Below the pieces are notes generated by a model. That model had not been told where the DNA came from, did no database searches, and worked only from the letters and a program-made list of their open reading frames with translations. This document shows positions 50,832 through 62,699 of a stretch of 64,000 bases of DNA, piece by piece. Numbering within the stretch: the stretch's first letter is position 1; each line of letters begins with the position of its first letter. The translations under genes were made by a program, and so were the position numbers. The DNA comes from Lama guanicoe. Taxonomy: Eukaryota. The stretch is taken from contig MU054323.1 in assembly GCA_013239625.1 (NCBI GenBank), positions 13,127,950 to 13,191,949 of the forward strand. The letters are read 5' to 3'.

Positions 50832-53800
50832 GTGGTGAACAGGAAAGGCCTTATCTTGATGAGCATCAAAAGGGAAAGAAGTTGAAAATGAGTAACCTCA
50901 AAAGAATCAGCTGACAGCTGAAAAACTTAATGTGTAGTTACACATCAGTAATTCATTTTTTATTGGCAGCTAATCATTTTTTTCTATTCTATTTATCACA
51001 TGATACTGGAGCGTAGCTAGATATAGTATGGTGACTCTGAGAACAGGAATATTTAGGCTAAAACCTTGTCCTGTAATGAGATGTATTGAATTTGGCAGTA
51101 ATCCCTTGGGGAGAGCAACTGGGGGCACTTGATGGAGTCACTTAAAAACTGAGTCAGAGAGAAATTTGTGCTGGGTGTTCTCAAAGTATGGATATCCCTG
51201 ATTCTATAACTCTACTTTGGAGCTTTAAAAATGCTAGTTTTCTTTTGTATAACTGGTTGCTTTAACAGATTTTTCTTTCAGTTGAGTCCATCAAACTTTG
51301 GAGGAGTTTTGACAGTTGCAAAGATACTCATATCTTTAACTTCCTTGGTGCTTCTTTAAATAAAAGGCATACAATTTACCGTATATTGTTCACACTGGAT
51401 TTTCATTGTCTGCATGTAAGAACTGTGATCTCTCAGAGGCACATCAAGGTGTCTGTTCCTGACCAGGGCGCTCCAGGGAGTCAGAATGCCTGTCCAGAGC
51501 ACGGAGGGTTTGGTTTCCTTCTCTGCCTTGTCTTTGGGCTTTTTTTTTCTTTCAAGCAGAATTTAGGCTTTGTGAAGTGAAATGAGTCATTTTCTTCCTG
51601 GTGTCTGCCTTCAGCATCAGGGAGAAATTTCCATACCCCGCCTTAAGAAGGGACTAGAACCTTGATGGCATTCAGCTCTGTTAGTGTTTTGTGACATCCA
51701 GGTATTAGTTGTTTGGGTAAAAGTGACTGCGCTGTGTGTTGTCAGTCTCCCTCCATGTTCCTAGCCTGAGTTCAGACTGCCCTGGTTCCACTTCAGTTCC
51801 TCCCTCTGCGTTCTTTCCTATGTCCTTCCCCTCTCACCACATGCTCTTTCCCCTTCCCAAAAAGGGAGGATCACCAGGTGGGATGTGTGTTTAAAAATAG
51901 CGGAGGAGGAGAAGAATACAGACTGTTTTCTTTGGCTTGATTGAAGCTGAGGGAAAGTTGGAGGAGAGAAATGTACATAAATAGAAGTATGTGCAAAGAG
52001 CCAAGAAACAATGAAGATGGTAACGCTGGGTTGTGCCTGGGTTGGTGAAGATCGTGGAGGGGAGTGGGGAGTTGAGTCAGGTCAAAGGGTGAAAGGTGGA
52101 GAGAAGGGAAGAAAGCTTTTCTTTGGGGAGGACACCAAGCTGATGCCCCGGCTGTACATGTGGTTACTGAAGTTGAGGCTAGATCGGATGTAGGTGGGCG
52201 AAGAGTTTTAATTTCCTTTTAAGGAGTTTAATTTTGTTAGAAGTATTTGTCACAACAATTACATGGACTCTATGGAATCCTAAGTCTCAAAGTAAATGGT
52301 ATAGATAACTGGGGACACTCATGAGGAATGCCTCCACCCAGTCAAGCTTGTGCATAAGCCATGAAGTCCGTTCCTTGGTAAACACATAGCCTAGTAGATA
52401 TCTATCCATTTCAGTCAGACTTGCTTTTCCACGTACAAACTGATGTTATTTATGGAATGGTGAGTGATAGACCGATAACAAATGCCTCCATTTACTTCTC
52501 TTTGGAAAAACAACAAATGTGGGGATAAATAAAACCTAATTCTGTTCTAAAATTAAGGGACAGAAAATTTGAGTCACGCGAAGCATATCTAGCCCACTGT
52601 TTCTGTAAGGAGCAGGCAAACTAGCCAGACTGAACGCGGGTGAGCGGTGGAGGGCAGGTAGGTGTTACTGCCCGGCAGCTTGTTCTCTTGATTCAGAGAC
52701 AGTGGTCCTCCTGTCAGCTGCTCTGAAGCCTCCTCCACAGCCCTGGCCACAGTGTGGGATCTAGAGCTGTGCTGCTGTGAAGGCTGACATAGGTTCTTTG
52801 AGGGAAGTGGAGACATTTCACATGAAAAACAAAATGCATCCCTTCCATGGTATTTATCCCTTGGGAGATGAGTATGTTACTCAGCTTGAACCTGGATGCC
52901 AAAAAAAACTCCTCTAAAAGTCCCTGGGCAAATTCATCTAACCCTCCCCAAGTGTGGTTCCCATGATGGTCGGGATTCTAGGTCGAGGCAATGAATTACT
53001 TTCTCAATTCAGAACTGAGAAAATGGGTCTATTGCGCCCCTCCAGTACCCTCCCATTATTCATTACTACTTTTCAAGTTAAGAACTTAAGTCTTGTCTTC
53101 TTGGGGTTGTATTTCTTCAACTCCATCACCAGCATTTCAGGCACCACTGTCCATTCTGGATGGGATGGTTCTCTGGTATTCAGGATTAGGAGCAGAGGAG
53201 AGATGTCCACATGTTCTAGACAGGGGAGTTTTTAAAGTCATGTTGAAGAAGACACCATGGGACGATGGCCAGCAGGACTGAGGCGTGTACCTCGTCCAGT
53301 TACGTTGTTGTCACCTCTTTCCTTGGACTAAAGTCCACAGCCTGTCCTGAGCTTTCCAGGGTGTTGCTCATCTGTAAACTGAAGAATGCCTGGTCCATTG
53401 AATCCCCTCAGGGTCTATGATGTTAAAGAAAAATATTTTAGAAAAAAGGTCAGAAAATGAAAATGTCAGCGAGCCATTGGTTTGTTTTGCTAGTTCTCTA
53501 CTTTTATTACCAACAGTATTTTCTTTTCCCAAATACTGGGTCAGAGCCTGCTGGGTGAGTAAACTACTTGTTGGGTAAAATTTAGCTTCTATTGACTATA
53601 AAATGTATTATATCTTCAAATATATTTGATTATGTTCCAGGGATAAAAATAGGACCTTTAATTATATTTCTAGAGAAGGGAACATAGGTTTGGTATTTTA
53701 AGAGGAAAAACTCCAAGGAGAAAAAGGAAAGATGAAAACAGTCCGATAGTCTCAAGGTGTGCTTTTTAAAGTCCTGCTGCGGACAGTGGAATCTGGCTGA

Positions 53801-54629
53801 CAGGGCAAGGTTGGAGTTGAGAAAAGGTGTGATTCTAGGTGAAAATCTTAGTCGTTAAATCTCAAGTCAAGCTAAACCAAAGATTAAATGAGTGAAATGG
53901 AAATAAGACCCACCTCCTAAAATAAGTGGAAATTTGGGATGAAATCTACCACATTTGTTGCTGGACCTGCGGTTAGTCCCTCTGCCAATCTCACTGAGCT
54001 GGGAATCAAAATGTATTTCTCTTTTTGGGTGGATTTTGTGGCTTAATGTCAATTCACATCAGACTCGAAGAATCTGGGTAGTAGTGTTTTTAATTTCCTC
54101 CTTGTTCTTTGCCTAACAAAGGGAGTGAATACAAAGTAAATCAGAAATAGATTTAAAAACTAAACTCCTTAGATGTCATCATAAATTTTATTTATAAAAT
54201 TAGTGGAAGTTTCCATTATGTGTCACTGATTTTTGCATAATATGTTGTGAAATTTGGGGAGCAAATAATTGTCTGTTTTTCTTTTGAAAAAGTGCTTGAG
54301 AAATTTCTCTTTCCTGTTTATTCAGTCATTCTCTCATTCACATGTTTAATTGAAAATTTTTACTTTATTTCATTGGCCACTTTTTGGTAATGTTTTAATG
54401 ATTTTGGGAAAACTGTTTTGTAATGATGGTAGGGTTTCCTGAGTAACAACTTGTGCTTTCCCTTGATCTGAAACTTTTATGACTGAAAAACTTCTCTCTG
54501 ACAAATATAACGTAAAATAAATGGTTTGAGGCTAAAGGTTTCACAGAAGTATTCTTTATTTTTTCAAACATGGCTGACAGTTACCCCTTAGATAAATATT
54601 CTTTCTTTAGTTTCCTGTCAGTGAAGTTT

Positions 54630-56820
54630 ATTCACTTATTTATTTGAAATTTCTTGAGCACTTATTATGAGACACATGTTGAATATGTAGTAGTGACCAG
54701 ACATATCCCTGACCTTGTGGAGTCTGTTTTCATGATGGTAATCAAACGCTAACTCTGTAAAGTGTATTTATAATAAGTGGGAAATGCTATTGGTGGGAAT
54801 GTAGTTTGATGCAACTATTATGGAAAATAGTATGACGATTCCTCAAAAAACTAAAAATAGACTTAGTATATGATCCAGCAATCCCATTCCTGGGCATATA
54901 TCTGGAGGGAATCTTAATTCGAAAAGATACATATACCCCAATGTTCATAGCAGCAGCACTATATACAATAGCCAAGACATGGAAACAACCTAAATGTCCA
55001 TTGACAGATGACTGGATAAAGAAGTTGTGGTATATTTGTACAATGGAATACTACTCAGCCATAAAAAGGAACAAAACAGTGCCATTTGCAGCAACATGGA
55101 TGGACCTGGAGATTGTCTTTCTAAGTGAAGTAAGCCAGAAAGAGGGGAAAAAAAATACTGTATGGTATCACTAATATGTACAATCTAAAAAAAAGAAAAA
55201 AGGCACTAACGAACTCGTCTACAGAACAGAAACAGACTCTCAGACATAGTAAACAATCTTTTGGTTACTGAGGGGAAAGGGGGTGAGAAGGGATAAATTT
55301 GGGAGTTCGAAATTTGCAAATACTAACTACTATATATAAAAATAGATGAAAACCGTAATTCTCTGTTATAGCACAGGAAACTATATTAAATATCTTGTAA
55401 TAACCTTTAATGAAAAAGCATATGAAAACAAATATATGTATGTATGTGTATGATTGGGACATTATGCTGTACACCAGAAATTAACACATTATAACAGAGT
55501 ATGCTTCAATAAAAAAATAAATAAAATACAGATTGTTGGCCCTGAAAAAAAATAAATAAATGGGAAACGTAAAATACAGCATGGTGGATAGGTAATGTGT
55601 TGGAGGGATGTTGTTGCAGTTTTATGCCAGGTAGTCAGGAAGCCTCCTGAAAATACGACTTTCTGGGGGAAGTCTTAACAGACTGCTTCCTCCCTCACCT
55701 CCTGTATCTGGGGAAGAGTATTCTAGGCAGAGGGAACAGAAAGTTCCCTGAGACAGGAATGTGCCTGGTATTAGAGGAATGACAGGGAAGCCAGAGTGGG
55801 TGGGTTGGGGGCAGGCGTTAGAGAGATCAGGGAGCTCACAGCTTGTGCAGAGCCAGCGGGCTGTCGTGAGGCTTTCGGTGAGTATTCTGATTGAGCTGGG
55901 AAGCCACTGAGGGGAGGAGCATCCTGATCTGACCGCCATCCATTAAAGGGTGCACTGAATGCTGTGTGGAGAAAAAGCTGTAGCAGGGTAAAGCGGGAAG
56001 CAGGACGTCCAGCTGGGAGACTGTTGAAATAATCCGGACAGAAGATGGTAGTGGATTACACCAGAGTGTTTGCCATGAAGGCGGTGAGAAATTGTCTACT
56101 TGGTAAATAGGGTTGACAGGATTTGCATGTGCTGTTGAGTCTCAGATGACCAAAAAAAGGTGAAGAATCAGAGATCAGGGAAGACTTGAAGAGGAACAGG
56201 TTTGGAGGTGGGTATAGGAGGAAATCAATGCTCCATTTTGAGTGTTTTATTTGGGATGTCCCTTAGACCATAGACATCTACCTAGCAGAGTCCCACAGTT
56301 GGATTCTTGGTTACACACACACCCCTCCAGTACCTATGTGCACATATACAAGGTAGAGGGGTCCAGGCTAGAGTTAAACATTTTGTATACAGAGTTCTGT
56401 GGAGTATTTAAACCTATAATTAGAATGGGATGAGAGAATCTGGGAAGTCAGTGTAGAAGGGAAAGGCTACAAAGACTGAGGTCTGGGGCCTCCCGTGGCC
56501 AGGACTGTGAGGAGCGGTGGCCAGCAAGGGAGGAGGGAACCATGAGGGAGCAGAGTACCTTGGAAGCCAGGTAAAGAAAGTGCATCACGAAGCAGAGTGG
56601 TTCTTTTGTGTCAAATAGGCTGAAAGTTTAAGAAGTAATAAAGAAGAAATATTGCCATTGGATTTGGCAACGTGGAGGCCAGGGGTGACCTTCACAGGGG
56701 CAGTTTTGGTGACGTGCTGTTAGCAAAAGCTTGACTGTGGCAGGTTCGAGAGAGGATGGGAGGGAGGCAGCGGAGCCAGGAGAGCAGCTCTTTGGAGTAG
56801 TTTTGCTGAGAGAAGAGCTG
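54630..56820 (-). mobile_element. LINE-2 3' portion, split by the L1 at 54787-55554
   Basis: 3' end TTCACTTATTTATTTGAAATTTCTTGAGCACTTATTATG; body GGAAGAGTATTCTAGGCAGAGGGAACAG, GGGAAGCCACTGA, CCATTGGATTTGGCAAC. Confidence 0.8.
54787..55554 (+). mobile_element. 5'-truncated L1 (ORF2 C-terminus, 3'UTR, double A-tail) inserted into an L2
   Basis: ORF 54941-55174 reads [45 protein letters not shown] aataagtgggaaatg (54772-54786) / aataaatgggaaacg (55555-55569). Confidence 0.92.
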
Positions 56821-59110
56821 AGAAATAGAGCACTGTCTGCAATTGTGGAATGGGTACAGCAAGGGGAGAGGTGTTCCCGACAGATGGCTTGCAGGACAGT
56901 GTGTTTGCACGGCAATGGGAATGAATGGGGAATAAGTCTTTGGGCAAGGGAGAAAGGGGATCAATTGCTGTGGAGGGACTGGCCTCAGGTGGGACCACCC
57001 GTCCATTGGGAGGCAGGCGGGACAGCCCTGGGTCCAGCTCGGTAGGTGGGCGTATGTCTGCAGAGCCTCTTCTCTGTGAAATAATAAGTGAAGCCATACT
57101 TGAGTGTGTGTGACTAGTCAGCTGCTGCATTTCTGCCAAAAAAGTATTTGGGGGATGGTGTTTACATTTTTACACACGGCAAATGTTTAGTGCCTGCTTT
57201 TTGATGAGAAATAAGTGATTCTTCAAGGAACTCAGATTATATCCAGAACTTTATTCTTGTATTAGATGATTTAATATACTCTCCTCCTTTGCCTCTCTAA
57301 AGGTCTGTCTCCTTACATGTAAGGAAATGGAAGGAAATCCTGTATGTATTTGGGGTAAATGAATAACTGATATGGTTTCCTTCAGTGACTGTTTCGGGAG
57401 AATTAAAAGGAGAAGGAAGCTCAGATGATTCCCCCCCCCCTTTTAAATTGTATCACCTGTGTAGCAAATGTTTCTCTTCTCTCTTCACTTAGTTCTTTGT
57501 GGAAAAACTCTAGAATGTAAGCCTAGATTCTTATCTGAGGAGGTACCCACAGCAGAACTGGAGATCTCTTGAGTTTTCCTCTTGGAGAATTTTCCATGAC
57601 CGGGGGGGGAATCTGATGAAGTAATAGATTTGATACTGATTTCTATTTACATAGCTCCTTTCTGGAGGAACAGAGTATTCTATGGCCATTATTTTAATAG
57701 TCCAGGAGGAGTCAGGCAAGCCTGGAGAGCTAAACAGTCAAGTCCTGTCATCCTAGGCATTATTTCATCCTTCTACAATTTGTCCTTCAAAGAATTCTTG
57801 GCCTTCGGGCAAGCAGTGGACCGCAGAGTGGAAGAATGAGCTGTTAGCTCAGTTTCTCGTCCTCGTGACCTGTGTACTGTTTGAGCTCCAAAGGCTCATT
57901 AAACAGGCCCCAGTCAACAGGGCAGGGTGGTGGCTTTGAGCCACAGAGAGGTTGCTTCTGTCTCCTTCCCTGAGGACAGTGCCTGTGCTCATCGGCCCCC
58001 CTTGTTGAAGCTGGATGACCGCTCTTGGGCTGTCGCAGCGTTCTGGATGAGTGCGGAGGAGAGACTCTTTGTTCATGACCTCTGATATTGTTATATTTAC
58101 TTCTTTGGCTGCCTTTGCTTTTGGTCCCATCCGAGTTTAATGACTGAAAGATGACAGCTGTGCTCTTTTCTCGACTGAAGTCCATTTGTCAAGGACAGTG
58201 TTTACATTTCTGAATGGTGCTCTGTCATGAATGATGGGGAAGCAGAAATGAAAGCTTATCTTAGGGAAGGTATTGGCTTCACCTCCATCCCATTTGCCAT
58301 CGCTCTGAACATCTGTGGTTTGTTGTAGCCCACGTGCCAGCACCTCCTCCCAGAGGTATGCGTGCACGCAGGGTCTGGTAGAAGCTGCAGACAGGATGTT
58401 GACTCGTAGTGTCTTGACTGACAAGGAGGCCCAGTGGAGGTGCTGTGTTGCTCCAGGCAATCTGTTTCTAGCCAAGGACTCTAAAACCCAAAGTTTGAAA
58501 GTGCTTCCTTAAGATTTTTGGGGCTGATTGACCTACAGAGATGTAAAAATTACATGTTTTGGTCAAAGGGACCTAGCATGAAAGCTATATGAACAATTAC
58601 CCTGTGAACTCCTGACAGGTCTGACTTTGGCTTCTCAAGACTCGTAATTCTTCATCAGCCAGGGATGACCTTCTTCCTCTGATTTGACCCATGGGCGTGA
58701 CTTTCTAGACTGGTGAAGAAGCCAGGCTGTTCGACCAGAATGACCTCCAGCATCCTGTGCATTCCTGATCTCTGTGGGGTAGAATAGCCATCCTTTGAGT
58801 CACTTTGTTCCACATTTATTGGGTTGCCTACTTTATGCAAGGCTCCAGGGGTCCTTGGGTATTAATTCATTCAAGGCATTTGAGGAAGATGCCCCTTAAA
58901 GAGCAGATGGACCCTGGAGGATAGGCCACTGTTACTGAATTCCCACTGAACCCTTGAGAAATGAATAGTATTGTCTTTAGTTTGTCACGTGTGAAGAAGT
59001 TGAAACTCAGCAGTGTATCTTGGTGTACTTAAAAACAAAATCTTTTTATTTTTTATACTTACTTATTTTCTTCTTTTTTAAAAAGTATAGTCAGTTACAA
59101 CTTAAACTTT

Positions 59111-59268
59111 AAAATTTTTTATTTTTAACTTTTTTTATTGAATTATAGTGATTTTACAATGTTGTCAAATCCCTGTGCTATACGGTATAATCTTGTTTAT
59201 CTGTTCTACCTGTGCCTGTCAGTGTCTACAAATTTTGAACTCCCAGTCTGTCCCTTGCCACCCTCCTC
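59111..59268 (-). mobile_element. Short L1 3' end with a perfect 14-bp TSD
   Basis: TSD ACAACTTAAACTTT at 59097-59110 and 59269-59282; the body matches the 3'UTR at 21145-21360. Confidence 0.88.
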
Positions 59269-60264
59269 ACAACTTAAACTTTTTAAATGATACCCTAGAT
59301 ATGTGGGAATAATTTTAAAGGAGTGGACATAGGAGAGAATATTTTCTAATGCACTTACTGTTTATGGAGGTCCTCTTAGAGCTGTGCATGACAATGCGGT
59401 GTCATACAGTTGAGTTTTTCAGTACTGATTCTGAGATTGACATGGGAAACTACAATTAATTGTAATGAGGACATAAGTGCTTCCTGTAGACACAAGACGA
59501 CCCTCTGAGAATACAAGCGTCTGTTTTAGAATTAGATTACTTTGAAGCAGAATGCTTGTAAAACACAAGGGGGGACATACGAAATAAAATGTTACCTTCT
59601 GCTTCCAAGAAGATGTGAACATTATAAAAATTAGAATTAAGTCATATGAAATTGTCTGTGCCATTTGAAAATCCAGATGATTCCAGGCCAAAAAGAATTT
59701 CTCTGGCAAAGAAACATGCTAAGATTTTAAAAACAATAGGCCCGGAGACTCTCAAGTGCCTTTAAAGTGACTACTGTAGCTGGGAGGTGAAACGGGAATA
59801 ATGATTAAGTGCTTGCTTTCTTTGGATGTCTCCGTTCGCCTAAGTGAGCATAATTTAGGTGACGGTTTGAGCATCTGCATGGCAGCTGCTGGTACCACGA
59901 GCTAATGCCAGAGAAGACAAAATAGTTGGCACCCGACTTCCAACTTCATTATTGTACCAAGAGCCAGAAAAAATAGAATTTAAGATTCTTTTGAAGTGGG
60001 ACAATGTTGTCTCTTTTTTTTTCCCTTGGGCTCCACACACTTACACACACAAAGTCTTCTCAGGATATTTGTAAGCTTGATCTGACAACTTAGAGTCAGC
60101 TAATCTGTTACTGTTAAAAAAAAAAAACACAGTAACAAACAAGCTTGGTAAATTTTGTCTGATTATAGAATCAGCATTCTTTTGTAGTTTTTAGTATTTC
60201 TGAGATATAGTCCCAGAAAAATTTTAAATGTCCCAAAAGCATTCAGAGCACTGGTTTGAAAACA

Positions 60265-60435
60265 AATTTTTTTAAATAAAGTTTTATTGGGATATAGCCA
60301 CACTCATTCACTGACTTTACTGTTTTTTGACAGTCTGCTTTCCTGTCACTGCAGTAGAGTTGAATAGTTGCAGCAGAATCCTTTAGGCCTACAGCTCGAA
60401 AATATTTACTGTTTGGCTTTTAGTAGGAAAAGTTC
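60265..60435 (-). mobile_element. MER58A-like fragment
   Basis: AAATAAAGTTTTATTGGGATATAGCCACACTCATTCA...AGAGTTGAATAGTTGC...AAAATATTTACT. Confidence 0.75.
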
Positions 60436-60794
60436 CTGGAACGCCATCTTGCAAGGTGCTGGAAGACGTGGTTGGCCACTAAGTTGTCTTCCCACCTCAG
60501 ACTGTGTGTCCTGATCTCTGTGTTAGAACCACTGGTGAATGAGAAACAGCCTTGGAAAAACATTTGACAAGAGCTGAGGGTATTTTTCCTCCAGAAGAAT
60601 TGTCTTCTTTTCAGTGGAGGGCCAACCCAAGCAGATCTCTTCTCGTCCCTTCTAACTTCAGCTTCCTGGGCTTCGGTGGCAGTGTCTTTGAGGAGCTGAA
60701 AGGCTCTCGTGTGGAAGAGGCATTAGATTGTGAAGCTGTGGGGAGCTGAACTGGGATTAACGGGTGCAGCTGACTGTGAGGACATATTGCAGCT

Positions 60795-60937
60795 CAGGGA
60801 AGACTAGCACTTCTTAGGAACTGCTCTTAACTAGAACGTGCCATCTTAATAGATAATGAGCTCCCTGTTACTGGAGACATTCAAATAAAAGTTGTGTCCG
60901 AAAACCTTTGAAGCCCTATTCGAACCTCGAAATTCTA
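60795..60937 (+). mobile_element. L3/CR1 3'-end remnant
   Basis: TAATGAGCTCCCTGTTACTGGAGACATTCAA...CCTTTGAAGCCCTATTCGAACCTCGAAATTCTA. Confidence 0.55.
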
Positions 60938-61394
60938 ACGGCTCCTTTGGTTAAGGTTTTTGTTTCCAAGCTCAGATTTGACCACGATTGATTTTATTGA
61001 GGTCTACAGAGGTTTCTTGGACAATTTTCTGAAAATACACTGCTGGTCAAACCAAAGCAGCGGGCAGGGGGAGAATCTCTTCTGTTGGGCAGGGGACGGA
61101 GGAGGACAGGCTGGCCCGAAGGCCAGCTTTCCTTTGGTCACTGCAGTAACGCGGCGGCAGCAGGAAGGGCGCTGCTTCCTACCAGCCTTGAGGCTTCAGA
61201 GATGAATCCTCTCTCTTCCGCTCTCTCTGCTGCCGCTGCCGTCTTTGCTTTCTGCCTGGGCTCCTGGGAAGCCGAAGGACCTGGCTGGGTGCACGTCACA
61301 AATGGATGTCAAAATAGGGCTTCTGTCTCACACTTTGCCAGAGTTGATATTGGGGCCTGGCCCCAAGTGGCAGTTCTGGGTGAGGCCATCCCTT

Positions 61395-61529
61395 CTCTGT
61401 GCAGCTCTGTTGTCATCGCACAGAAGCAATCATAGACAACGTGTGTGGCTGTGTCTCAATAAAACTTTATTTTAAAAAAACAGGCAGTGGGCCAGATGTG
61501 GTCCTGGGGCCATAGCTTGCTGACCCCTG
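61395..61529 (+). mobile_element. MER58A-like 3' half
   Basis: GTGGCTGTGTCTCAATAAAACTTTATT...CAGGCAGTGGGCCAGATGTGG...TTGCTGACCCCTG. Confidence 0.8.
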
Positions 61530-61999
61530 AGAGATGCTGAAAGTTACAACTGGCTGGAAAAACATCAGCTCTGATTTTCTCTGCTTTTGGAGGAAAGGTG
61601 AAAAGACAGGTCCAAGTCACATGATGGTTGAGCCAGGATTACCACCCAGAATCTGTCTTGGAGATGCTTGCCCATTTTGTGATAAGGTGCTGCCCCTGCC
61701 GTGCAGCAGGTGATAGCCCCTGGTTTTTCAAGAGGGCCGTGTGGATGGAAGGAATACCTGTGTCTGGGGCTGGTGACGAGCCGCAGGGAGAGCTCCAGGA
61801 TGGCACTGGAATGGTGGCTACCCTTTAGTCCTGGGACCTGACCTCCCTTTTTCTTAGATAGACCCTGTTCAAAGTAAAACAAAACAAAGGTGGCAGAAAT
61901 TTAATGTGGAGAAAGTGTGCCCCAGAGTTGTGAAAAAGGAATGGGCTCCCGCAGCTGCGTCACAGGATTTGATCACTTTAGCTGGGAGTGCCAGGAGAT

Positions 62000-62476
62000 T
62001 TGAGACAGATGTTTTCAGACATGCCGCATGCCTAAAACATTTCCAGGGGTCGGGCTGCAAATAGTGACTTAATAAGTGGAAGAACAGGGAAAGTATGCAA
62101 GTCGAGGACACAAGAGTTTATTCACCGCTAGGTGCACAGCCAACCTCTGTGCATTACATCTGCCTGTCAGGGCTGGCGCTCTCATCTGTCGTGCCCTGCG
62201 TCCTGCTCTTTGTCTGCCCGTGAATAAAGTGCAGCATTGTGGTTAGTAATCCCACTCCAGTGACTCGACTTCAAATGTGGTTTTGGAGTGCATCCCAGAG
62301 TTCTGTTTGCTAAGCTTCCTACTCCTGTTTCAGAGACACCACTGGATACAGAGCAGCGAGCACTGAAGGCTTCCCTCTTGCCTTAAACCTGCCGGGCTGT
62401 GGGCTCTCTCTTTCCCCCTCTCCCTCCTTTCCTTTCTCTTTTTCCTTTTGTTTCCTAAACCTTCCACGGCGAGTTC
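62000..62476 (+). promoter_or_regulatory. LTBP1: Internal promoter and 5'UTR of LTBP1S (boundaries approximate)
   Basis: Repeat-free sequence directly upstream of the LTBP1S ATG, with a pyrimidine-rich leader at 62403-62456 and no clear TATA box. LTBP1S is known to use an independent intronic promoter. The TSS cannot be determined from sequence. Confidence 0.7.
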
Positions 62477-62699
62477 ATGGATACTAAGCTGACGTGTTTG
62501 TTGTTCTTTTTCTCCCTGCCTCCGCTCCTAGTGGGTAACCACACTGGCCGCATCAAGGTGGTCTTCACTCCGAGCATCTGTAAGGTGACCTGCACCAAAG
62601 GCAGCTGTCAGAACAGCTGTGAGAAGGGGAACACCACCACTCTCATTAGTGAGAATGGTCACGCTGCCGACACCCTGACAGCCACGAACTTCCGAGTGG
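62477..62699 (+). CDS. LTBP1: LTBP1 short isoform (LTBP1S) first coding exon, including signal peptide
   Basis: ATG at 62477 gives [19 protein letters not shown] (hydrophobic signal peptide matching the known LTBP1S N-terminus), in frame with the shared exon and using the same donor at 62700. Confidence 0.94.
62532..62699 (+). CDS. LTBP1: LTBP1 shared exon as used by LTBP1L (exon 5); 168 bp, phase 1/1
   Basis: Acceptor ctcctAG (62530-31) and donor G|GTGAGT (62700). It encodes [55 protein letters not shown], the LTBP 4-Cys region with NHT and NTT sequons. Confidence 0.96.

Larger units (their letters stand above)
37588..62531 (+). other. LTBP1: LTBP1L intron, 24,944 bp, GT-AG, phase 1
   Basis: Bounded by GTGAGT and ctcctAG; the reading frame is preserved across the junction. 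Confidence 0.92.

Noticed and set aside
60106..60137. TGTTACTGT...ACAGTAACA hairpin around an A-run
   Set aside because: Only a 9-bp stem; not tRNA-, miRNA- or MITE-like.
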